Source: Amoebophrya sp. A120
Lineage: Eukaryota > Protista > Dinoflagellata
Assembly (NCBI GenBank): GCA_905178155.1
Contig: CAJINV010000013.1
Coordinates: 2,910,158 to 2,974,157 of the forward strand
Reading direction: 5' to 3'
Length of the DNA: 64,000 nucleotides
Numbering within the stretch: the first letter of the stretch is position 1; every line of letters begins with the position of its first letter. The position numbers were made by a program, and so were the translations under genes. This document shows, one piece after another, positions 35,301 through 46,230 of the stretch. Below the pieces are notes generated by a model that worked only from the letters and a program-made list of their open reading frames with translations, was not told the origin of the DNA and did not search any database.

Positions 35301-37054
35301 TTTCCCCCCACTCGCCTCGCTTCGGCGAGCACGAGGAGCACAGGAGCAAGAGCAAGAGCAAGAGCGGGCGGTTTTTTATGCAACGGAGGAAAAGCTTGTC
35401 AAATCTGTTCGGCGCGCCGGGGATCTCGTCTAGTAGTACTTTGATGAAAACCACCTACCAAGACCAGAACCCGAGCGCCTCTGTTCCTGGTGGGGTGTTG
35501 TCCCCTTTCGAAAACAGCACGCCGCAGTCCACGCCAGACACGACACCCTTCTCGTCGCCGGCCCTGGGCAGGTTCGGCGGGATGGGTGGGAGGGACCACT
35601 CTGCAGGCGCCACCGGAGCAGAAGGTCCGAAAGAGGCTCCGAACCTGCAGTATCGCCAGGTACTGCGAAATCTTCACCTGAGAAATACTAACTCCGTGGG
35701 CGAGGATTTATCCGAACCAAGGCCGCCACGACAAGAGGCCATTTATGCAGCTCAGCAGGCAACGCTACCGCCTCTTCCAGTCGTCCAACCGCAAAATAGT
35801 AATTATCACAAACCCTCCCTCCGGTTTTTCGCGGAAGGGTTGCACAGCGGGGTGTTCCGCCACGTGGCTTGCCGAGCGGAGTGCGGCCGCATGGTCTTAG
35901 CAACGGCCTTCTCCGTGTACTTCCCCGAGGAGAGCGATATTGACGCTGTGAGCCGGCAGACGAACTTGCAGAAGCACAAGAGCTGCGAATTTTTCGGCAA
36001 GGAGATCGTGTCCATCTCGTTGGAGAAGACTTCCTGCGACGTTTTAGTTCTGTTCGCCAACGGGAGCATTGCGAGGTGCAGGAGTAACACGGCGGGGGAC
36101 GATCATGCCACCGGGAGGTCAACGTCTTCCTTTTCCAGCAAAACCACGAAAGTGGAGTTCGCCGGGGGCGGGTTGCGGCGGGCGGAAAAGCGCGCCGAGG
36201 CGCTGCTGCCGTTCCCCGGGCATCTTTACAGTCACGGCGGTCGTGCAGCTGGGGACGGGCAGGTGGGTGCTGGAAGTAGCTGGAGCACAAGACCCTACGA
36301 CCATGATATGCTGATGGCAGTGAAGACAAAGCAAAATAACGAGGGGCTGTTGCTGTGGCTGTCGCAGCACCAAACCAAACCAAAGGTAAGACCACCAGCA
36401 GGAGCAGCTGCGCCACACGGGCCGCCCTCTTCTGCGAAAAATGTGAGAACAGCACAGGGGCAGGAACAAGATCTTCAGACTGCTGCAGCAGCTCCTGCCT
36501 CGGATCATCCAAACAGTTCTACTTCGTCCTCAACTGCTAGTAATCTGTCGAGAAGACGCGACGTACTACTGCCACACGAGCTGCTGAGAAGAAGAGACGG
36601 GAACAGCACGGAAGAAGTAGAGCAGGAACAACTTCTACAACAAGTATCTGCTGCAAGAAGGCGCAGCAGTCCCCAGGAAGAAATATTGAATTCCCCCAAC
36701 GACGACCCACCAGGAAAAGTCTACTACAAGCCGAAGTCGCGATTTCTTTCCCTCCCGCTCACTTTTGAGGAGACCAAGCTTCCGTTACGGGAGATAAAGT
36801 TCGGGATTTTTGCCGGCCAGGACCGGATGCTGTGGCACGACAAGTCCAGGAGAACCTACGTGTTCGGAAGGGAGAGAAATGAAGTCGAGGAGGATGTTGG
36901 CTCTGCGAGCAGCGCTGTAAGAACGTTTCAGCAAACGGATTTCAAACTTCTGACTACAATTCATCATCCCGAGTGGCGGTCGGCCTGTTCCCTGTCAGAG
37001 GACCGGTTTCTGCTCTTACGCGTCGGCGCGCTCGAAGTGATGCGGCGGAATTGA
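26305..37054 (+). CDS. Very large (~3100 aa) multi-pass membrane protein; all five identified introns are introners
   Basis: Exons under precise excision: 26305-26363, 26648-26658, 26961-27088, 27420-27514, 27773-30167, 30431-37054, totalling 9312 nt (3104 codons). The N-terminus reads MEFVTAAFAGTLASTAQQIWGYNRNLYNFDTHMRQ..LHREDISNLVNMTTSKMGIYTVFCVLQLG. It has several TM blocks (FVYLMLATWLALHASV; WQSYDAYARVAMLTGT). From recall, this resembles an uncharacterised alveolate membrane family; not searched. Confidence 0.85.
26364..26642. mobile_element. Introner, family C
   Basis: TATCCTGAGTAAAAACGTACCCACACCAGAGT ... ACTCTGGTGTGGGTACGTGTTTACTCAGGATA (32-bp TIR, 1 mismatch); perfect TSD ATCTG; near-identical to 48467-48745. 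Confidence 0.95.
26659..26955. mobile_element. Introner, family A'
   Basis: TATCCACTGCAAATGTGTCTGGG ... CCCAGACATGTTTGCAGTTGACA; perfect TSD CAACC; frame restored (GYN-R-NLY). Confidence 0.88.
27089..27414. mobile_element. Introner, family B
   Basis: TATGAAAAGAAAAAATCCCCCCTCCCCATATTGA ... TCAATATGGGGAGGGGGGATTTTTCCTTTCGATA; perfect TSD GCAAG. Confidence 0.93.
27515..27767. mobile_element. Introner, singleton family E
   Basis: TATCCCGCAGAAAA ... TTTTCTGCGTGATA; TSD GACCC/GACCA; frame restored (YTED-x-EHSVP). Confidence 0.8.
30168..30425. mobile_element. Introner, family C
   Basis: TATCCTGTGTAAAAACGTCCCCACC ... GGTGGGGACGTTTTTACACAGGATG; perfect TSD CGCCC; fuses ORF 27762 to ORF 30452 in frame (GPPP-ANFFYHQMAPP). 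Confidence 0.93.
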
Positions 37055-38986
37055 TGGGAGAAGTGAATGATTGAAGATGAAGAAATATTAAAGCAGCTGG
37101 GAAAAGTAAAAACTCAAGGGGAAAGTGTACATAGAAAATTGCTCTGCTTTTTCAAATGCATGCGCAAGTAGTCATGTGCCTTCGCTTGCTTTTACGACCT
37201 CAAGATTCGTGATACGAATTCGAATACCACATGCAACGACCATTTTTTTTTGCGAGGTACCAATAGACAAAACCACATTTATCCACATCTATACGTAGAA
37301 CTCAAGTGCGACAACCACAACTCGATAGAACCTTTTTTTGCAATAGATTCAACGATTTTATCTCTGCTTCTAGGGAATACCAGAAAGATTTACACAACTG
37401 ACAGGCTGTACACCTGATCACTTGATGACAAATTGCAGGCGAGTAGAATGATTTGCATATGGGAATATTCAAGAACGCAAGCGGCCAAAAATTGTACTTT
37501 TTTGCCAAAAATTTGGAATTGCAAACTTTGAATTTTGGAAGACATCAACAGCAGTAAGTACTTGTGGAGAATGCTAGAATACACAGACACTCCGATTACA
37601 GATATAATGAACGCGCCACTTGTCGTGTATGTACACGAGAACATTTTTTCAACAACAAAGCGACATAGAACGAACGAAGTCGAAGAACGCCACAAAATTG
37701 GGTGAGAGTCGCCCAGGCAGCGACTGCAGCCTGCGGTTTGTGGGAAAGAGGTTACGAGGCGAGGCAGGCGATTGAGGTGTTCAGGAAAATCCTGCTGAGC
37801 CAATTGTTCCTAGTTTGACGCACGCTTGCGCACTACTCAACGACATCAGAACATTATCTTGCGATAAAAATATGCATCGAAGAACATCAAGTACAATCTA
37901 GCGAGATGAAACTACCCAGCAAGTCATCAATTTGCGCACGTGTAATACTGCAGAAACTTTGGACCAGTAGGGACGTACAAACTTCCATCCCGGTTGTTGT
38001 AAAACTTGCGATGCAGAAAGATGTAGTTGGCACTACTAGTCTTCTTGCAACACAACCTACTTAGAAGGCGCGCGCACAGCAACTGTTCCATGTCATGACC
38101 GGTGCGGCTTGGAGACATATTTTTTGCTTCCGCCACCGCGAAGATCTGATCGTACTTCTGATCTTTGGAGCCCGCGTCATGTATAGCCATATAGATTTTA
38201 TTGACAAGCCACGGTGCGTGAAACATAGAAAGACCTCCTCCTCCAAGAAACACACAGCAACAAGCCCTCAATTGTGGCTTCTCAAGGACATACATCAGAA
38301 ATCAAATCTTCTCTAAGTACACCATCGACGGAAGTAGACGTAATAGCTAGTAGCGACGTGGAAAGATTAACACCATCTAGTAGCAGCATCCCGACAATAC
38401 TTAACTACTAGGCCACAGACATTTGCATTTCTTGCGAAGTTCTTGGCGGCACAAACACAAAGCAACGTTTTAGTCGTGAGCAGATGAACAATTGAAGATA
38501 CTGTAGGCCACGTGGCGATATGGTTGTTCGTTCTTTATTCTCATCTTCGGCGAAGAAATTTCCACTTCGCAATTGACAATTTTTTCTTGTCCAACTCCGG
38601 CATCGAAGATCTTGGCGGCACCGAAAGTCCCTGACTTTCTTGGGCGATGAAAGCGGAGTAACTACACGCACAACCACGTTGATAGAAGAAGTACCAGCGT
38701 CGTGTGCCTGTCGTTCTTCTTACACATCCTTCATCAAATAATTTGGTTTGCTGACCAGCGTCGGGAGCGGGGCCAGGCACCGGCACCGACGTGGTAGTGT
38801 GACGGCCTATTTTGATATCCTCGGAGCAAAAATTGCACCGTCTTCATATATACTACGCCAGGTAGTAAGTAGAGGAATCCTTTAGAAGCACCACACATCA
38901 ACAATTTTCAGCGCCAGGGCTCCGCCTCGCGGCTTCAAGTGCTGTTGCGTGAAAAACAGCGAACTTGCTCGTGCTGTGACGAGACC

Positions 38987-41900
38987 ATGGCCGCGAGAGA
39001 AGAAGTCCCGGATACTTCGCTTTCCGGCGACGGAGGGGGGGATGGCGAACGTGAGCAGGAAGGCGAACGCGGCGAGGACCAAGAGATGCCTCCGGCGGAA
39101 GGGGATCAGCAAGAACTACATGCGGGAATAGCGCCGCAACAGGACGGCCCCAATCGAAGTTGGATCGACAACACGTGTCTCCTCGATGCCTCTGATGGTA
39201 CAAGTTTTTTACACTAAAATTCCTTACCGCGTTGCTTTCAGAACTCTGATGTGTGCATGTTTGCTTTTGATACTTATGCATGCGTTGTACTTGCGCACGT
39301 GGCATTAAACGTACTTCGAAATGCTCACGAAAATTGAAAGAATTTTCCACGACTTTGACAGACGAAGATGAAGAGTCCGCTGCTTGCGGTCCAGGGGGAG
39401 AGGAAAACGGTAAGGATGCGAAGAACCCTGATCTTGGTAGAACTGTAGTCAAGCAGGAGGACAAAAACAGCGACGATAAAACTATTGGCAATGTTGAAAA
39501 TGCTGAAAAGAACAACGCGAGTAGTAGTTGTCCGCACTTGATTTCTTCCACCACGGTGGAGCAGGAAGACGCCCCGCCGCAGCTGTACCTGCCCCAAGTG
39601 ACGGACTTCCTTGAGAATCGTGCGTCTGGAGATGGTTCTTGTCCGAGCCGGGGGGAAATCGTGCTGAACCAGGGTCGTGGTGGTGCAACCGCAAATGGCA
39701 GCAATTCCTTGTACTACTCCACTAACGCGCAGCAAACCTCTTTCCTGCAAACCCCGGCCCTGGGTGTGGTCGAGCCGATGTCGCCACCGGACGACGCAAT
39801 GAATGGGTTGGGCGGGGGTACTAGCAGTAAAAATCTGAAGGAAAACTACGAACTTTCCACTCCGAACGGAAGCCCGAACAGCTCCATTTCATCTTTCAGC
39901 GGTAAGAATAAAGTTCAGCATGATGAGCGGGGTCATCGGCAGCAAAAATTCAATGCCGCTTCGAGCGCCGGGAACAAACAAGGTGGCGGCGAAGACAAAA
40001 ACGATCATAGCGGGAGATCCTCGAGTAGTTCATCCGGTAGCGATGAAGAAAGTTCCTCACGGTCGTCGTCATCCGGTTCGCGACGAAGTAGAGGATCCTC
40101 GTCATCGAGTTCGTCAGTTAGTAAGGGGAAAAAGGAGAAAAAGCGGCGGCGGAAGAGCAAGAGCAGTGCGTCATCCAAGTCTTCTTCGTCCAGTCGGAGT
40201 TCCTCCTCGCAGAAGTCCCCCTCCAAGGATCCCCGTGCCAAGAAATCCGCCACGATTTGTTCCAAGCGGGACAAGAAACGAGACCGGAAAGAAAAGGAGC
40301 GGAAGAACAATAATAAAGCCTCTACAACTCATGGTACCGCGAGCGGCAGAAACCGCCACAACAAGCGGAATAAGAAGGAGAAAAAGAAAAAGAACAAGAA
40401 GCGAAAAAAGTCTTCTTCCTCTTCGGGTTCCTCCTCCTCGAGAAATAGAAACGGCGGACGGCGGAATAAAAGTTGCAGTACTGCGGCGATTCACTTTGGA
40501 GGTGGTGCCTACAGTTCACGTGGCGAAGATCTTCACGATCGGGGGCGCAACAAGCGGAGCCGCGAGAGCCGAGACCGTGCGGGTGGGCCGCGGCGAGGGA
40601 ACATCAACTCGTGCAGGTATGATAATTATGACAAAAGTTCTTACCACGAGCGTCGTGACCGTGAGCACGACCGCTACAACCGCCGGGGCGAGGCGACACA
40701 GCGGCGGCTGGGCCGCGTCGGCGGCACGAATTACCCGCCAGACGATGATTTTTACAGAAGTAGAATGCAGCAGGGCGCCTCCTCGCGGGGACATGGTGAG
40801 AGCGAGCGGTATCCGTCCAGGCGAGGCAGCATGGATGTGGATTATCGTGGCGGTGGTGGCGGAGCAGGAGGGCAACAACAGCACGTCGTGAACAGCAGCA
40901 TCAGAACGCAATTAGATCACCCGCGCGACCTGCTCTTCAGTAACAAAAACAACGCTACGGTGTCATTAACGAGCAGGAGCGGCGGGGTCGCGTCTACCTC
41001 CTCTTTGATGCGCCGGAATGTTAATATGAGTGCGGACATGTCCTCCTATCAGGCGTTTTCATCAGGAGCCGGACATGATTTTGCTCCGGATCATAATTTG
41101 GTGGGCGGAAAAGCCACAAAGATGTCAAAGACCAAAGACAGTTCGGTTCTTTTGGAAAACATTCTCTCGAAGAACGGGATCGCGGGGAACCACGATAGAG
41201 TCGGAGCAAATCCACAAGTGCAGGGTGGACTACCCGGGCAACGAAACCCGAGTTGCCGCGACAGCTCGAATTGCTCACCCAGAAAGGCGGGTAAAAGAAA
41301 TAAAAAAGGCAAAAAGGGGCTTGCACAAGCGGGCTCAATGATGTCTACAGGTGGGAATATGACACTACTAGGTGTAGTGCCGCAGAACAACAGCGTTCGT
41401 GGCGGAGTTAGCGGAAACATTCAACCGTATTCGGGGATGAATGAAGCTGCCACGGCCGCCCCGAAGCGAGGGACATTGGTGCCGCTCAGTCATGGAGCGG
41501 CAAAGGCTGCCGCGGCGCGGGGAACAGGTGCAGCTCAAATGTTGTTGAATACGCGGAAAAACACCTCCATCAATGGGAGCCTGAATAAACAGCGAAGTCG
41601 CGGTCAGGGAAACAATAAAGCTGGGCGGCGGTTGTCGGAGGTGAACAGGAACGAGGACAGCAGTTGCCACTTGTCTTCGCCGAACTTCAATAATGAGGAA
41701 GACCAGGAACAACTCTTCCCGGCGGGGAGCAGAGACACAACGACTGTCAACAACGCGCGGAAAGCGAGTAAAGACCTGGAAGAACCGCCAGCGCAGCTGT
41801 CGGAAGAGTGTAAGAAGAATATCGAAGAAAGATGTAAGGAGATCCGGGAAAAGGATAACATTTCGTCGTCGGACGAGGACGTCGAGAAGAGCGGCGGCCT

Positions 41901-44900
41901 GCTGGAGAAAAAAGTAAAAGAAGAGAAGGAAAATAACGTCGCCCCTGCGGTGGTGACACAAAAAACTTCGCCCGACGAGCAGAAGGACTCCGAAGGTACA
42001 ACAGTTACTAAGAAAAGCCTCAATGGCGGCGCCGCCGCCGTGGACGAGGAGCAGGATGATGTGATCCTGGACCACGGCGCGCAGCAGGGAAGCAGCGGAA
42101 GTGACGAAAATACCAAGCTCCAAGGCGTCAAGGTCATCGAGAGAGGAGACGACGTGCACCTTGCTGACGTAGAAATGAAAGACGCGGAAACTATGAAAGG
42201 CGAAGAACAGCAAGACGAAGCTGAAATCAAGAGCAGGAGTAAGACAGATTCAGCCAAAGAACTGTGTCCTGGCACCTGGCAGGGAAAGAATGGCGACGGA
42301 GGTGTCGTAGTTGACATGGGCAATGATCTCTCGTCGGACAACGAAGCGGCCGCATCCGATTTCAACAGCAACGCCTCCGCTTGGGACCACGTGTTGTCAC
42401 CGAGCAAGGGGGAAAATTTCGTGCAGGATAGCACGGTCGTGGTGGAAGAAAACGATAACGATGTCGAAACAAATAGCGCTGCAGTAAGTAGCACCGCGGC
42501 CACGGGGATTGCGATGCTGCCGAAGGAAGTGGTGGCGGAGGTACTTAAGGCATAAGCATAAAAGTAAGTACTTTTGGAATGAGACGAAATAGCGCTCGTC
42601 CGCTGATTCTCGTTGGTATGGTGCACATGAATAAATTTCGCCTTTTTGATATGCACTTTGTATCTATGATGTTATCTTCGGAAAAAAAATTGTGAAAAAA
42701 TAAAACGCTGGCAGGTTGAAGGAAGAAGGCTGACCCATTTGAACATAGGAAAGGAGCAGCTGTTGAAGAAGAGAGAAACCACCCGACAGCAGAAACTCGC
42801 GGAGCAGCGGGCGAAGTTTGATCAGCAGAGGGATCTCCGGACCCGGAATATGCATTGCAGGAGTATTGTACTGGTAGTGATTGCATTACAATTTTTTTCG
42901 AAAAATGGAGTTTGTCATGCTGGAATAATACGTATTAAACAAAGACACCTGTGGTCGTGCAAGATTGCGATTATAACAAGGGCGATACTTCTTTTGCACA
43001 GGATACGGAAAGCGCAGCAGCAGAAGGAACGGTTCGAGCAGCAGCGGAAGCAGCAGCAGAACGTATCATAAGGAAAAATCCCCCCTCCCCATATCGAAAC
43101 GAAGTTTCTGATGCTGGATTTCCGTACACGCATCAGATTTGTCTTGCAGTAGAGGACTGCAGGCATATGTCAAGCCTCAGTCGCGAGGTTTTGACGTAGG
43201 CGCCTAGCATGGCAAACGTGTATGCTCTAAGCCCAACAGCATCACAAACCGCATGCGAAATGCGGGGCGCTCTCTGGACTTGCCTTCTTGCAAGACAGAC
43301 AGGATTTGAGGTAACAAATGCGCATCACAAATTTTCAGACGGATACGTTTTCAATATGGGGAGGGGGGATTTTTCCTTACGATAGAACGCGCAGCAGCAT
43401 CAGGATTCGTTAGAGCAGGAAAGCCACGAGCCGGCGATTCCCCTACCCTCCTGCGTCGCGAACTCGATCGCGCAACCAATGATGATGCAAAACGAGGACG
43501 ACGATCGTGGGAGGCAAGTAAACCGGAAAAATGCCAAGAAGAACACGGCCTACAAGCCCACTAGTGGGTATTTCGGGGGCCTTGCCGGGGTCAGGAAGGA
43601 CAGCAGAGATAACAGCGAGTTGTTTGTTGATAATGCTTCGCACAGGAACGGACCGTACAGCAGTCACGGAGCAGGCGGGGGACGCGATGATGACTCCAAT
43701 ATGCTGCGAGACCGCGGCGCTGCGCAGAATCACGGTCGCGGATATGGGAAACATCGGCGCCGCCGAAGATCGCGGTCGAAGGAGCGCAACAACAATTGGT
43801 CGACGTTCTTTGGCAATACTGCAGGCCCTGGCAGTTCTTCGAGCTCCGTGGCGGGGAACAATGTGGGCGGGGGCGGCGGTTGTAATGCGCACCCACTTCA
43901 CCCGCCTTCGGATCTGTTTCAAGAACAGAACGACGACCGCAACGTTGGCCAAGGAGGAGGAAGCCGTTGGTTGAAAAAGGGCGTTTACTCCGAGCGGATT
44001 CGCGGCCGGACCAAATCGAAGCAGAAGCAAAGGAGCAGAGAACAGGCTCAGCGGAGCAGAGAACAGCACGGGAAGAGGAACAACGCGGCTGGTTCGCACA
44101 GCAACTACGGGCAGTACGGTGCTTACAAGAACTCTTACAACGAACAGGACTACTATAACAACCAGTACGAGTACGAAGTGGACGAAAACGGCCGGCGCAT
44201 CGATCCGCACGCTGCACAAGGAGAAAGGGCAGCTGCCTTGATCCACCAACGCAGTGGAGAGAATAATAATAATGCTACTTCTACTTCTTTATCTTTCCCC
44301 ATGCCCAAGAAATCGGGACGGTTGGTTTCCAAAGACGGCGAGTTTGAGGTCGACGACGAGATGCATGGCGGGACCGGAACTGGTTCTAACGGGGGCGAAA
44401 ATTATGTGAAACAAGCAGGCGACCACCTGAACGAGGGGAAAGCGCTGTACCCAATCAAGGGCGCGGTGTTGCAGCCCTGGAACGTATTGCTGAATACGGA
44501 CGGGAAGCGGGAGGAATACGCGGAAAGGCAGCAACAGATCAAGGCGAGCAAGGCTACTGCTGCTTGGCATCAGGAAGATGCTGAGGACGACGACTGGGAC
44601 GATTGGTGGACCTGGACGGAGACCATACCTGTGCGGACGGTGCGGACGGACGGACAGACGATGACCATGATCAAAGGAGTAGCACATCCTGATCCGGACA
44701 TACTAAATGATAATCAGCCCAAGAATAACATCCTGAATACTAAAAAGCACCAGCCTCCGGCGTGGCAAGGAGGAAAAGTCGCCAGAGTGGGAACAACAGG
44801 GGAAGCTGCCGCGTCAGCGAATGGAGACGCGGCCAGCAGTAGTTCTAGCGCGTCATCCTCCTCGGCTGCGAATGTGGTGACGACGATCCCAGAAAATAGT

Positions 44901-44975
44901 AACCCGCCCCCCGACGCGCCGGAAGCTCAAGCTGATGCAACTCAGTACTCGGAATTTTACTGCTTTATTGTCTAG
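38987..44975 (+). CDS. Large RS/SR- and Lys-rich low-complexity protein, spliced
   Basis: ATG at 38987; GT-AG introns 39198-39361 and 42541-42714; introners 42849-43005 and 43064-43384. All junctions are in frame through to ORF 43479-44975. The Ser/Arg/Lys tracts suggest a nuclear, disordered protein (inference). Confidence 0.75.
42849..43005. mobile_element. Introner, short family H
   Basis: TAT...CAGGATA ends, perfect TSD CGGAA. It interrupts a Q/K/R/E-rich helix (DLRTR-K-AQQQKE). Confidence 0.78.
43064..43384. mobile_element. Introner, family B, inverted relative to 12452 and 27089
   Basis: TATCATAAGGAAAAATCCCCCCTCCCCATATCGAAA ... TTTCAATATGGGGAGGGGGGATTTTTCCTTACGATA; perfect TSD GAACG. 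The internal sequence corresponds to the reverse complement of 12452-12772. Confidence 0.93.
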
Positions 44976-46230
44976 CTGCGTCGACCACGACTTGGTAATT
45001 TGCTTTAATATCACCGATACAGCAAATAGCAAGTTGTGGAATTATACGAAACGCCACGGAAGTGTGCTGAGCGTCAGATGTTGGCAGAAAAGGAATAAAA
45101 ATAGAGAGAGATGAGTCTGCCAAATACGAGTTAGCTGCAGCTACGTAAAAACTCTTCGTAATGTTTCAAAAATATTCCTTACTTTCGCTTCATTTTTTAT
45201 AGAACACGCACTATTTCATAACAGGGCGACTCCGAGTGAGGACCCGGAAGAACAGAGCAGACGGCTGGAAAGCCATGTCGTGCATGGCAGACAAGTCGAG
45301 ATCGACCACTTTTATGCATTGCAGTTCGATGCCAGCACATCATCCGTTTGGTTCTGTCAGTGTAGTGCCCGTGTGAAGTAGCTCTTTTTGATGTGCGAGC
45401 TCATTCACTTTCGGGTGCTTTCGTGACGGTATCTGTAGGGTATAGATTGCTAACTGAATTTGCGTTCCTCCTCATGTATCCCACAAATCAATGGAGAAAA
45501 AGCATCAGATGGATGCGCAACTGGATGTTGAGCTGGCATTTTGCTGCAGGATATTATCAAGAGCAGTACTATGAACTGCAAATATCGAAGATCGGATCGC
45601 TAGCTGGTGTAGAACAACGTCCGAACAACATAAGTACACAAATTTTCGAAACGGCAAAAATGTTCCACTAGCTACAGTTCCACCGAACGAAAACACTCTG
45701 TCATGCGGGAGCAGCAAGAGCGGCTTTCTATGTTACTTACCAGTTTCGCGGAAAGGCCGGGAGGACCGCCATACGAAGAAGAGAGTCAGGTCCTTGGCTC
45801 TGCAGTGTAGTGCCAAGCTGATTTCTGGTGTGCATTTTTTCGGGTCCTTGCGGTCCTCCTCGATTTAATGTCATCTGTGCATGAAGAAGAAGAACACAAA
45901 TCATTTTCGGGGTTCCATTCCGCCCAGCCGAGACACATCTTTGATATTTGCAGCAGTCGATAACAGCACCGTATAAGCGTCGGAGGAAAATTCGCAGGGC
46001 AATACGTCATCAAGAACCGTTCTCACCAGGAGAGTACTGTTTGTGTTTTGTCTTTCATCGCGCAAAGGTCGCAAACTCCAGGCTCAGAAGTTCTATCCTG
46101 GGTGAGAGATCGTTATTTTAGGTGGATACAAAATCAGAACTATCAACATCGATCGATTGGTAGAACGGTAAGTCTTCCCAGTCCCTAGATGTTAGAAGTA
46201 TTTCCTCTAGTACAATTGAACAATCTATCA

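Noticed and set aside
13687-44249. Long minus-strand ORFs (13687-14472, 28215-29462, 41604-42656, 43443-44249)
   Set aside because: They are antisense shadows of GC-rich + strand exons and carry no independent motifs.
45313-45962. Possible decayed introner ends (TATGCATTGCAG at 45313; ..TTTGCAGCAGTCGATA at ~45962)
   Set aside because: No matching TSD and no frame restoration could be shown.
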